Below, in pieces: positions 38,215 to 51,095 of a stretch of DNA of 64,000 bases (positions are counted from its first letter, which is position 1; each line of letters starts with the position of its first letter). Both the position numbers and the translations under genes were made by a program. Source of the stretch: Camelus ferus. Lineage: Eukaryota. Location of the stretch: assembly GCF_009834535.1 (NCBI RefSeq), contig NC_045697.1:26166001-26230000 (forward strand), given 5' to 3'. The notes beneath the pieces are model-generated. The model was given only the letters and a program-made list of their open reading frames with translations. It ran no database searches and was not told where the DNA came from.

Positions 38215-38850
38215 CATTTATTTAGTTTAGGATGGACTCATTGGACTTGGTACTTGCTTTATACTTTGGGTTATAATCCAGTGCTACTTTATTTTGTTGC
38301 TCAGCTGTAGCATTTGGAGCTCTTTCATTTGGCTCCTATGTGTCTTTAATATATTCCCATCAACATAGTTTTTATTTTAAACCATTTTAGCACTTCCTTC
38401 CTTTCTGACACCACAAAATGCTCCAGCCTCATCTTGTGCATTTTCTATCTCAGTAACAGTGTGAACACTTTCTCCATAGATCCAAGGAACCCTGGTTTCT
38501 TTTACTGGAGAATGGTATTAGCAAGCAAGATCAGGGCATTAGGTGTGCTCGTTGCTACTGAGCTGTTTCTAGGCCCTCCCAGTCTGCAAAGCAAGGAGAC
38601 ATATGAGAATATAGTAGCCTTTGTATATACACATATCTATATATATTTCTGTATGTAATCATTTGAATCTATATTAAGCTAAATGAGTTGATACAAATGT
38701 TTCCAATTATAATCTACTATCATGTGGATCATTCTAGCCTCTTCCCTTGCTTATCTATAACCTCCCACTGTAACAATGAGAAACTTGGCAACTACCACCC
38801 ACCATCCATTCACTTAATTGTTCAGTTCTAGTGTATATTTATAGTAGTTT
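38215..38850 (-). mobile_element. Old L1 (L1MC/MD-like) 3' UTR fragment
   Basis: tttatactttgggttataatccagtgctac...gcacttccttcctttctgacaccacaaaatgctccag...tccaaggaaccctggtttcttttactggagaatggtattag. Confidence 0.8.
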
Positions 38851-39516
38851 TCATTTACTTTTAATCTAGAGAATTACTAATATATAAATATTTATAAACA
38901 ATCATAAATATTTAAATGTGCAAACATTCCACACAGTAATAGCTTACATGTCCTAGGAATAGCAACAGACTAAACTGAAGTGTAGTTTCTTCTCTGGATC
39001 ATTGTTAATGAGGATAGTGCTCTTACTGCAGTGCAACTGACTCTCTGTTTAATGTAATGTATTAAAATATGCATTAGACCAATTAGAATATAAGATACAA
39101 ACATCAACTTCATGTTTTCATTATAGTAGTAAATAATTAAGTTTATGTAATCTCCCTAACCCTCTCCTCTCTCTCTCCACATATATATTATTTGTATCCA
39201 TAAGTTATATATACATACATCCAACATACTCTACATATGTTTACACACATACACTAAAAACTTCATTATGAACAGTTCAGAAATAGTGAAATAATTATTC
39301 AGTTTCTAAGACAGAAATAAGATATAATGTTGAAAACTGAAAGGTATTTTCAATATATTAAACACTGCTGGTTACAAGAAGGAAACAGAGCTCCTGATGC
39401 CAGAGGTTTGCATTGGTAGAATTTGAGCCATCTCTAACACATCAAAATATAAAATTTTCTCTTTGTTCATCATGTGCAACATTGAATTTTGTATATAGTA
39501 TAGTATTTATCATAGT

Positions 39517-39549
<33 letters not shown>

Positions 39550-41307
39550 GGTTACAAGTTTGGTTATAATTGTAAAGTCCCACTTGCTTCAAGACAAAGG
39601 AAGAATATTGAGTAAGTTTGGGGAAAGGTTCAAAAAATTAAAAATTAAAATAAAAGCAATTGGAGTTAATGCACAAAATGCATGGCGTAAATTCTCTGCA
39701 CTCATTGTCCGCAAACTTGGTCTAAGTTTTCCATCAGTCTCTGTGTAGCAGACACCTCTCCTGTACGGCTTCAGTGCCTCTCAGTCTCCCTTGTCTCTTG
39801 TCCCAGCTGCCTCTGTGGTGACCAGCTCAGCCTGGAACTAGACTGACTTCACACAGGTGCAACATGACAGCCCCAGCCCTGGCCCCAAGCCACACTCCCT
39901 CACCTCCATCCTGTAGTTTCTCTGTTGGCATTGTTTTGGGACCTTCATTCTGAAATCTTATCACTGTCATCAATACAGGACAATTTCCCCTTTCAAAACT
40001 TTATTCCTGATGCCATTTTTCCTTCTACTGCTCTTCTCTTAGCAAACTCTTATTCATCTGTATGTTTACTGTGTTACAGAGAAAGCATCAGACATGAAGT
40101 GGGATCCTGTTACACGTGAGCCTTTGGGTCTCTCAAGGAGAGACCATGACAATTCATTACATTAGTAGAGTTGATAATAGCATTTTTAAACCTTGATTTG
40201 TCTTACAAGTTCAATGTAAAGCTGTGAAGAGCTGCCTGGACATGAGGAGAAAAGGCTGGTTACCCTTAGCTGATCAAAGAACAAGGGGTTTAATTTTTAG
40301 TTTAGGCTCATGAGATCTCTTAGAGGCAAAAATCTGCAGATGGCATTTAAATGCAAATGCGAGCCCAGTGTTACCTGGGCAGGTGTCCCTGAGGGAATGA
40401 ACTCTCTTGATCAAAGGATTCACATCTGATCCCAAGTCCCCTGAACTCATTCACTTGGTCACATTTGTAACTAACTGACTGTTTTTAAAATAAAGTTTCT
40501 GTTCTACTAGTCCTGATAATATTCTGAGATTCTTAATGCAAGCTGGAGAACAAAATAGGAAAAAAGAGAAGAACATTAAGACTTCCTCCCTAACCATCCA
40601 AAGTTAGATTCAGGCTGTGAAACAATGATGCTTCCCCTCCAGTCTCCGTGGGGACTTCATAACCTTTTATTCATGGGAAATTCAATTAAAATGTGCATCT
40701 CTGCTGTTTCCTGAAAAATTTAATTTGTATCTTAACTTGCTACTGCTGTGCCCAAGATTTTCAAATCAAATATTAAAAATGAACTTGTCAACTCCAGCAG
40801 CTTTATGCTGGGAGCTAAACACTTCATAAATTATCTTTCATTTTGTAGTCTATTAAGATACACTTGTAAGTGAATGTGTAGTGTCCTAAATTGTTAATAG
40901 GCAAATTTTACAATGAATTTTAAATTAGAGTATCTCCACACACTCATTAATGCACTTCATTTCCTGTGTGTATTTTTATCATTTGGCCAGATTCACCATC
41001 TCAGAATCCAACACAAGCCATTGTGTTGTCTGAATAATCTCGGAAGTCCTGTAGTCTACTATCTCATAAACTTACTTTTTCTCTTTTATGTTTCTGAACA
41101 ATTTTAGATCTACGTAAGCAACAATGCAAAAAAAGAATCAGAATTCATTAGATATGTCATCCTTTGAATGGAAAAAATATGACTTTATAAATCCTTAAAG
41201 AAATAGTCAAGATTGAAATTCAAGATAGGTTTTCTTTTTGTAAAAAATGTATATACTAAAAAAAAATGTATATACTAGTTGACTGTATTCTAATGATATT
41301 CACTGTA

Positions 41308-41780
41308 TATGTCAGAATTATTTTTTACTTGCAAGTGGGAGGAAAAAACCTCACACTAAATTTTGTAGATGTGGTGAGGTATAGCTGATTTCAGGCATGG
41401 CTAGATCCCAGGACTCCTTCAGATTCTGTATCTCCTGTCATCTCTTCTGTTCCAGTGGTTCACAAATGGCTCCCAGAAGCCCTACACTTGTATCTTTCAA
41501 GCTTACTAACATTAGTGGAAAGATCATCTTTCCCAATAGTCCTTAAAGAAAAGTTCCCCCTAAGGCATATTTGTCTGGCATGTAGCCCGTGATCATTACT
41601 GAACTAATCACTGATCAGTGCTCTACAAAGCCCTTTTGGCGAGACCCAGGTCACGGGAAATACCCCTATGGCCTCACAGAGCCGCAGGAAATGGTTTTTC
41701 CCCGAAAAGAGGACTTTCATCACCTGAGAAAGGACAGGGAAGAAATACTGAAAAGGCAAAAATAACGGAAGTTACTAGGT
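41308..41780 (-). mobile_element. MaLR LTR (MLT1J/K-like)
   Basis: tgtcagaattattttttacttgcaagtg...gatttcaggcatggctagatcccaggactc...gatcattactgaactaatcactg. Confidence 0.6.
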
Positions 41781-43184
41781 GTTATTTATTACTCTGTTTT
41801 AGTGTCTCCTCACACCTGACCTTAGATTGTATTCTCCTGGATTATAGAATTTATCATGTTGCATTGTGATTGTTTTGACCTTTCTTGCCCTGATCAAACT
41901 CAGAAAATCTGAAAGCTAAGGTGTAAATATTATTACTTTAAAAGTATTGTCATTGTTTCATTTGCAGAGTCTAATCCAGTATTTGGCACTTAGTAGCTCT
42001 TCAATAGACCATTACTAATTATACTAAATAACTACATGTATACTATGATTCTTTTCTCCATATCGCTGTTTTGGCATTCTTTTATCTTCTTATTCAGGCT
42101 TTGTGAGTTCTTTCTTTTTTAATTTTCTTTTAACTTTTTATTTCATCTTTTCATTTCAGGCAGTTCTCAAATCACTTTTCTAGGAAGCCAAATAGAAAAA
42201 AATACGTAAGCTTAGCAATATATTTTATTTACAAAAGACACTTCCATTTTACAAAAAAATAGCAATCTCTCAGGTCTATAAAAAAGAAGCTAAAAATTAA
42301 CATGTAATTGCTTCATTTATGAAGCTAACTAAATTTTAAAAAAATCTCTGGTCCCTCATTCCCTCAGATTCATGAGGGTACCCTGACTTCTCTTTGGCTC
42401 TACCCCTGATCTCCAGTTTCTTGGAGAGACTAATTGCCATTATTACTTCAAACGAAACTAATTTTGATTGTATTGTGTCATGTTGCATTTTCATCCTGGA
42501 CTTTTGGCATGTTTTCTATAATTGTCTGTTTATGAGTCACATGTATTGCTATTCAACTTATTATAAGTCCAAAGCTAGTCTCATTCTAGTTAAACTCAGT
42601 GAGATTTACTTTGTCTTGACAGGCAATATCCAGGTCTTGTCCCAAAGTCTTGTGGCTCTGGATTGGTCTTTGGGCTGTTGTTAAGGCTGAGGTTACTCGG
42701 GATTAGGTGCCATATTAACAGATACGTACCCAAAAAACCAGGATGAAAGGAAAATCAGTACAGCTTCCCACGCAGCCACTTTTCTATACCATACACTCTT
42801 CGTGCTTATACAGTTCTTTCATCTTTCTTATATCATGCCACATTTAAGTGAGTTCTCTTCAGTTACTTCTCTCTAGAATGTCTTTCTGGAAAATTTCCCC
42901 AAGTTATTTCTACTTATCCTTATGCTTGCCTTCTTCACAGTTTAGAGTTCCCTAAACTCTAAAAAATTAGTTGGGTTACCCTACAGTGTACTGTGGTATC
43001 ACTTTGTGATTTATTTATCATCTTATCACTGGTCATAATTAGACATTTAAAAATTAATTTTGTGTTCCCTACTATATTGTAAATTCAATAAAAACTAAGA
43101 CCACCTTGTCTTATTTACTATTGAATACCCATTCCAAATACAATGGCACACAGTAGCCTTTTTCCCTCCAGCATCTTCCTATTT

Positions 43185-44745
43185 CTGTTTTATTTTATTC
43201 TATTGACATGAGATCTATCCTCTTAGCAATGTTTAAGTGTACAGTACATTATCATTGACTGTAGATACAAGGCTGTAGTGTAGATTTCCAGAGCATATCC
43301 ATCTTGCTTGACTACAACTTCATGCCTGTTAATTAGTAACTCCTCATTTCTCCCTACCTCAGTCCCCAGGTAACCAACATTCTACTCTTTGACTCTGTGA
43401 ATTTGATGATTTTAGATACTTCATATAAGTGGAATAATGCAGTATGTGTCTTTCTGTGACTGGCTTATTTCACCTGGCATAATTTCCTCAAGTTTCATTC
43501 ATGTTGTTACGTACAGTAGAATTTGCTTTTTCAAGTCTGCATAGTACTCTATTGTGTATTTATTTACCATATTTTCTTTATCCACTCATCTATTGATGGA
43601 CATGTAGGTTGTTTCCACATCTTTGCTATTGTGAACAGTGCTGCAATGAATACAGAAGTGTTAATATCTCTCAAGATCCTGATTTTAATTTTTTTAGATG
43701 ACCGAGAAGTGAGATTACTGGATCACATGATAGTTCTATTTTTAAGTTTAGAGGAACCTCCATATTGTCTTCGATAACAGATGCACCATTTTGCATTCCT
43801 ACAAACAACGTGAAAGGTTTCTAATTACTCTGCATCCTAGTCAACATTTGCTGTCTTTGGGGGTTTTTTTGATAGCAGCCTTCCACAGAGGTGTGAGCTG
43901 ATCATCTCATTGTGGTTTTAATTTGCATTTCCCTGATGATTAGTGATGTTGAGCACCTCTTCATATACCTGTTGGCTATGTGCATGTCTTCTCTGGAGAA
44001 GTGTCTATTCAACTTCTCAGCCCATTTTTAAATTGGGTTACTAGCGTTTTGTTTTGTTTAGCTTCACGACTGAGTTGTAGTAGTTCCTTATATATTTTGG
44101 GGACTAAGCTTTTACCAGATATATGGTTTACAAATATTTTCTCCCATTCCATAGATTTCCTTTCCACTCTACTGCCTGTTTGCTTTGCTGTGCAGAGCTT
44201 TTCACTTTGATGTGGTCCCACCTGTTTATTTTTGTTTTTGTCGTCGGGGCTCTTGGTGTCACATCAATAAAATCACTGGCAAGAACAATGTCTTGGAGCT
44301 ACGAAGCTTTTTCCTTATGTCTTCTTCTAGGAGTTAGAAAGTTTCAGGTCTTGCATTTAAGTCTTCAACCCATTTTAAGTTGATTTTTGTGTACAGTGTA
44401 TGGTAAGGGTCCAATTTCATTCTTTTTTTGTGGGTATTTAGTTTCCTCAGCACCATTTCTTAACGAGACTATCACTTTTTCCATTGTGTATTCTTGATAC
44501 CATTGTTGAAGATCAGTTGTGGATTTCTTCTTTCTCAAATTTGATTTGGCTCTCCCTGGTCTTCTGTAGTTCCATGTGAACTTAAAAAAAAATTGTTTTT
44601 TCTATTTCTGTAAAAAAAAAATGTCATTGGGATTGGTATTGTATTAAATCTGTACCTTTCTTTGGGTAGTAAAGACATTTTAACAATATAAAGACTTTCA
44701 ATCCAGGAGCATGGGATTTCTTTCCATTTGTTTGGGTCTTAATTC
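43185..44745 (-). mobile_element. L1 (L1MA/MB-like) 3' UTR and ORF2 C-terminal remnant
   Basis: The minus-strand ORF 44009-44221 (KLCTAKQTGSRVERKSMEWEKIFVNHISGKSLVPKIYKELLQL) resembles L1 ORF2p. Typical antisense 3' UTR text: ttctgtgactggcttatttcac; ttgctattgtgaacagtgctgcaatgaa. Confidence 0.93.
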
Positions 44746-44981
44746 TAATCAGTTTAGATGTTCAAACTGTCATTTTTGAGTGAAATCTAAGTAAGCTCAG
44801 TGATGGAGACCTTATTTTTCTTATTCATTGCCGTATCCCCCAGGACCTAGAACATTGCTTGGCCCATACTTTGTGCTGAGTAATTGCTTCTTTCAATAAA
44901 TGTAGGAATCTTTTAAGGTTTAAATATGTATTGGGTAATAAAATGTCTCATCTCAGAATTAAAGAACCAGTTGCTGAGTTA

Positions 44982-45018
44982 GTGGCACCCTCTGGTGATT
45001 TAAAGTCATCACTGTAGC
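44982..45018 (-). promoter_or_regulatory. Candidate CTCF motif (reverse) with a possible upstream module
   Basis: The minus strand reads GCTACAGT-gatgactttaaa-TCACCAGAGGGTGCCAC. The core fits the CTCF consensus, and the upstream CTACAGT resembles the ZF9-11 'TGCAG' module. Confidence 0.5.
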
Positions 45019-46295
45019 CTTTTTCTTAAACCAAATGACTGGCTTTGGGGCTTCCCTTTTATGCCTGAACAGTTCATAGTATAATGCAACTAGGGGTTGT
45101 CTCAATGAGATACACTTAAGAAACTTCAGTGCAATCCTAGCAGTATAAGAAAAATGCCTTATATATGTATATCACTAAAGTTTTGGGGGCACACATAGAT
45201 GTATTAGTCAGGGTTCTCCAGAGAAACAGAACCAATTATATATATACTAGAATACTGTTGGTATATTCAGAGAAGAAAGTTAGTGGGGCTAAGAACAGTG
45301 AGTGACGATGAAAGAGGTTGTTGAGGGTAGAGATATTGTCAGGAGACTTGAGCCTTGTTTATCTCTAATCAACACTAGGGGATATTTACCTAGTGTAACA
45401 GATGTTATAAAAACGACTTCATTAATTAACTGAGTAATGGTCAAGACTTATGAGTTGGTTAGAAACACTATAGAGACACTGGTCTTCACATAAATAGCAA
45501 GCCCAGCAGCCTGTATGGTTCTGATGACTCTTGAATTTTTATCCCAAGGTGACTGGTATTCAGTCTCTATTTTGAAAAATATCTGATTGTTCATTGCTTA
45601 CAAATAGATAAGCAGAAAAAAACCCTGATTGTCCATTGCTCGCAAGTAGATAAGCAGAGTCCTGGCTTTAGTTGTATTTTTTTTTTTTCCTAGAGAAGCT
45701 TTCATGCCAAGCACAGTCAAAGCATTTAAACATGGACAGAAAGGTGATATTCCATTGAACTTAAGGGAACAGATTGCATGACTGTCTTAGTTCCTAATTG
45801 CTAAACATTTGTATGTGTACAAAATTTATCCTAATGATTGCTTTGATACCTGGCAGTACCTGATGTTCAGAAGCTCTTAGCTCTCACTTATGTATAAAGA
45901 CTGGATGCTATGATACCAAAATGAAGCCAGCAACTCTGAGGCCCCATATTGGATTAGATCAATGTACAACTTAGATAAATTTTAATGGTTTCCTTGGAAG
46001 TCCCTTCCAAGTTGATGAGTTTGCATCTACCTTCTGCCTTGTGTGCACCATAGTGGAACTGTATATGAACAATGACATCATAAGACATGAATTGTTTAAT
46101 GGAAAGAACATTGCTATAAAAATCGGAGGACAGAGTTTTAGTCCCAATTGTACTATTACTTGATTGTTTATATTAATAAGTTTCTTTATCTCTCTTGGCT
46201 TCTCTCTATTTTACTGTAAAATGAATTTCCTTCAGACTGAAAAATCTTTGAGTTGGTATGAAGCACAAAGATTCTTATCTCTCTGGAAGGAAACT

Positions 46296-47283
46296 GTATG
46301 GACTGAGTTGTGGCTCCCCCCAAATTCATATGTTAAAATCCTAACCTACAATGTTACTGTATTTTGAAATACTATTTACAACAGCCAAGATGGAAATAAT
46401 CTAAATGTCCATTGACAGATGACTGAATAAAGAATTGTGATATTATATTACACACATACACATAAACATACATACAATGGAATACTATTCAGCCACAAAC
46501 AGAATAAAATAATGCCATTTTCAGCAACATGGATGGACTCTAGAGATAATCATACTAAGTGGAGTAGGCCAGAAAGAGAAAGAAAAACACCATATGATAT
46601 CACTTATATGTAGAATCTAAAAAAAAAAAAGACACAAATGAACTTATTTACAAAACAGAAACACCTCAGATATAGAAAAACTTATGGTTACTGGGGCAGT
46701 GGGGAGTGGATGGGAAGGGATAAATTGGGAGTTTGAGATTTGCAAATACTAACTACTATATATAAAATAGACAAACAACAAGTTTATACTATATTGCACA
46801 GGAGACTATATACAGTATCTTATAGTGACCTATAACGAAAAATAGTATGAAAATGAATATATGTATGTATATGTATGACTGAAACATGCTGTACACCAGA
46901 AACTGACACAACATAGTAAACTGAATATACTTCTAAAAAAAAGTTAAAAAGAAGAAGAAGAAGAAGAAAATAGGGCTTATAAGTGTAATAAAGGAGGAGG
47001 TAATATAATTAGGACCTTCATCTGGTAGGACTGGTGCCCTTATAAGAAGAAGAGATGAGAGAGTCCTCTTTCTCTCCACAAATGCACAGAGAAGAAAGGC
47101 CATGTGAGAACAATGAGGAGCTGGCTGGCTACGAACCAGCGGGAGAGGCTTCATCAGACACAGACCCTGCTTGCACCTTAATCTTGGACTTCCAGCCTCC
47201 AGAACTGTGTGAAAGTACATTTCTGTTGTTTAAGCCACCCGGTCTGTGGCATTTTGTTATGGCAGTCCTAGGAAACTAATATA
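46296..47283 (+). mobile_element. MLT1B-like MaLR LTR split by an L1 insertion
   Basis: 5' part tgtatggactgagttgtggctccccaaattcatatgtt...tgtattttgaaat; resumes agggc... at ~46972 and ends cttggacttccagcctccagaactgtg...tgttatggcagtcctaggaaactaatata. Confidence 0.88.
46371..46968 (+). mobile_element. 5'-truncated younger L1 3' end with an A/(AAG)n tail
   Basis: actatttacaacagccaaga...atggaatactattcagcca...gggataaattgggagtttgagatttgca...atgctgtacaccagaaactgacacaac...atacttctaaaaaaaagttaaaaagaagaagaag. Confidence 0.92.
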
Positions 47284-47899
47284 GAAGCATTACATAAACG
47301 ATTTCATCTGAGAGGTAAGGTCATTCTAATAAAAAAAAAGATCTATGAGATTTGGAGTCAGAAATGTAGCTAAATACTATGTGAAGCTGGGAAAAGGGCT
47401 CAATTTTTCGCAGGTTCAAATTCTTCTTTTTAAAAACCCAGGCAATAGTGTCTAATTTACTGGATTACTGGGAGGATTAATGATTAAATTAGATAATTTA
47501 AGGAAATGCTTTGTAAACTGTAAAGAATTATATAAATATCCTAGGTCAATCCATCCAGCTTGGGAATATTCTGTTTAAAAAATAACATCTCCTTACAGAC
47601 ACTAGCTCAGATCTCATCAGACCATTCTTGTTCAGGAAACTCCACCCAAGTCTTTCAGACTGAGAAGACAAATATTCCAACTGAATATAAACAATATTCT
47701 TCCACAACTGCTTTGAGGTCAAGTTGTATGAAAGACTCCTTTTAAACCAATAATTTTTAGGAAGCATTTCTATATAGAATAATTTTCCATTCAGTTTTTT
47801 TCTGACTTCACTGATGAATTTTTGATGTATGAATATTTAAAGTCTATAATTAGATGATTATATATACATACACAAAAAAAACAGAATAAAATGGAATGA

Positions 47900-48092
47900 T
47901 TGCCAAGATCAATATAATTAACACATCCATTACCTCACATAGTTAACTCCTTTTTTTCTTTTTTCCTTTTTTTTTTTTTTTTGTGGTGAGAATCCGTAAG
48001 ATCTACTTTCAGCAACTTTCAAATATATAATATTACATTATTATTAACTGTAGTCACCATGCTGTATGCAATTCAATCCTCAGAACTTATCT
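47900..48092 (-). mobile_element. L1 3'-end fragment
   Basis: attaacacatccattacctcacatagtta...gtggtgagaat...aagatctactttcagcaactttcaaatata...ttaactgtagtcaccatgctgta. Confidence 0.8.
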
Positions 48093-49232
48093 CAGTTTTA
48101 GACAAAGATGATAAAGGGAAAAGTATAGGAATATACTAAAAAGTTGGTTTAAGGATAAAAATCCATTACCTATTTAATCATTCAAAGATAACAAATAAGT
48201 GGGTTCTCTGTGTTAATTCCTATGCAATACCTTCCTTCTATTTTAAAATTATGCATTCTTTTAATATAATGTGATTTGGTTCACATAACAAGTTTCTATC
48301 CACTGTGATTCAATTAGGAGACTGGCATTTTTTTCCTTTAAAAATATTAATTGAGATAAATATGTTTTCAGGACAAAGATGACTTTCTCCAGGGTCTTTA
48401 TTGAAAAGAAGTCACCCTGTTTTGTTGTCAAGGACACCAAAAATTGCTGGTTGACTGGTTAGTCATTTCTTTTATAATGAAAAGAGACAGCATTGAGATT
48501 TCCTGGAAAAATGAATCAACATGAAGGGGATAGTGGTTTAGAGTCTTTCTGTTGAACCATTTAGAACATGACAGAGACCAAACAAGATTCCAGAGCAAAA
48601 TGAAAATGATATAAAATGTGTTTAAAAGACTTCACATTATGCCTTTAACATAACTGAATCTACCATGGAAACAAGCACATGCCAATGAGGAGACTGAAGA
48701 TCACGCTGTATAGAATTGGGTTATCCCTGTGTTGTTACAGGAACTAGGGCAAAGTGTCTCCCCTTTATTTTTTAAATTAATGTGCCTTTTGTTTCATTAA
48801 CCAATAGGCATTGTGCACTTTTTGTTCACCTAAACTTAGAATTCATAATATTATAAAGAATGACTCGTGACTTTGATGTAATAGAAGATGATGGAGCTTC
48901 TGGGACTCAAAAGTAAAATTCTCTTAGGCTATAACCTAACATTTTAGAAAAAGAAAAATTAATTAATTTAGAACCAACATCCAAGAACTGTTATGTGTGC
49001 TACATCACCAGTCTTTGAAAGTTCAAACACAGGCAGAATGGGCCAAATGAAAGAAAGTCAATGAGAAAAGATAATGGGATCCAATTATGTTACTGCTTAA
49101 GCAAAGTACAAAGAAGAAAACAAACTTTAGTCTAAACATATCTGCTATTGTTTAAATAGAGAAGCTTTCAGTCATATATTTTATTATTTTTAATTACAAA
49201 AGTAATACATGCTTCATATTAAAAAAAAAGCA

Positions 49233-49641
49233 TATAATGGTCTTTTGTTGTATCCACTTGGCTAGGCTACAGTCTTGAGTTATCACTCAAACATTAATCT
49301 AGGTGTTGCTTTGAAGGTATTTTGTGGATGTGATTAAAGTCCATAATCAGTTGACTTTAAGTGAAGGAGAGTATTCTAGATAATATGAGTAGGTTTGATT
49401 CAATCTGTTGAAAGGTCTTAAAAGCAGAGCTGAGGTTTCCCTGAAGATGAAATTCTACCTGCAGACTGCAACTTCAGCATCTGCCTGGGAGTTCCAGGTT
49501 GCTCTTTCTGACATCCTGTCCAACAGATTTTGTACCTGCCTTGTCAGTCCTGACAATCACATAAACCAATTCCTTACAACAAGCGTATTATTATATTTCT
49601 CCTACTGGTTCTACTTCTTTTGTTGAACCCTGACTAATACA
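49233..49641 (+). mobile_element. MLT2 5' LTR of an ERVL provirus remnant
   Basis: cacttggctaggctacagt...aatctaggtgttgctttgaaggtattttgtggatgtgattaaagtccataatcagttgactttaag...cctactggttct...gaaccctgactaataca. Confidence 0.9.
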
Positions 49642-51095
49642 AATGAGTGAAGTCAGAGGAACAGAATCTGAAGAATGAGTTTTCTGAATTAGTTCTGGGT
49701 TTTCTATAATTGGTAGATTCAAGGCAATAATGACTCTATTTCCAGTAGTAAAGGGAGTACGAATAATCCATGACTTGGTGATATGAAAACCATTGCATTG
49801 GATACTCCTAATCAAGTATCTATAGAAGGCAAGGTTCTGGATGACCACAGATTTGTTACTTTGGGATATTTTAGTCAAACTAAATAGTATAATGAGATTG
49901 ATTGGTTGCCCCTAACTGAGCTGTAAAATATGGAGGCAAAAAAAGATGAGCTCAGGGCTTCAAATTCTTAGTACAAACTCTGGAAAAATAATTTTAAAGC
50001 ATCTATATCTTTCCTAAAAGAAACTTTTGTCTACTGTAGTTGCAGGGCTAAGAATTCTGAAAGCCAAACCCAGAGTCTCATCCTGTATCTCACTGAATTA
50101 TAATGCAAACTGAATTTCCAACCTCCCAGGGAGTCTTCTTTTAAACTGAGGGCACTGACTAGGAAGGAATGAAATTCTAAAAACTGGTAGCTCCCAATAA
50201 AGCTGGGGATATTGAATCCCTAAATTCTGCCAAGTCTTCTTCACCAGGAAAATCAGCCCTTTCATCTTTGCCTAAAGAGACCATAATGACCTCCCAGAAG
50301 CAGTTCCTGACAAGGCACTACTGATTCTCCTCAGGGCAAATCCCCTACCACCCTTCTTTGATGCTAAACCTGTCATTAGACTCAATTCACAGCAGGCTCC
50401 AAAGGCTGAGGTAGAGACTGTAATCTAAGAAGAGGTTCACTATACATCAAAAGAGCTGTATTTTTTTTTTTTTCAGTTCATATAAACAGAAATCTTGGGA
50501 ATGTGGTGAGAATGGAATTTAAAGGTTTGGTATAGTAATGAGAAAATATACAATTGCAGCAGACTAACTTTATTGACATGAGCCCAATTATGAGACAATC
50601 TGGATTCAAAGTTTTAGCTTGAGGGGTTGAAAAATGCTCCAGTTGTTTGGTTAGTTAACTGAAACATGGACTCAAACATATGCTACATTTAAGGAAATTG
50701 AAATGCCAAGACTGTCTTGGTATACTTTCAAAGGGAGGTGTCCAAAGGCTTAAGGAGATTGGAAAGTTAAAGTGTTTCTGTCATGTAAGATCTGTTTACT
50801 CACCCTAGGAAGCCGCACCTTCCCCCACAAGTGAACGAAATAAATTTGTGAGAAAGCCTCAGTGTCCCAGCAGAACTCTTGAACAGAACTGTGGTAGTTT
50901 TTCTCTGTAGGTCAGAAATGGCAGTGGGAACCATCAAACTGGGATCTGTAAATGTGATGTAGATAAATGTAATCCTGGGGTGGCAGGGGCCAAGTGGTGG
51001 CACTTAATCACCAAAGACAAAGTGAGTGTGGTCACCACGAAGGACCATGGATGGACCCAGAGCAGTAACCAGAATAGTCTGACTCAGAAACCAAC
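49642..51095 (+). mobile_element. ERVL internal region: leader and degenerate gag
   Basis: Directly follows the MLT2 LTR. gaagaggttcactatacatcaaaagagctg (EEVHYTSKEL), tataaacagaaatct (YKQKS) and tttattgacatg (FIDM) match recalled ERVL Gag motifs. There are many stops and frameshifts, and no pol or 3' LTR is seen. Confidence 0.8.
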
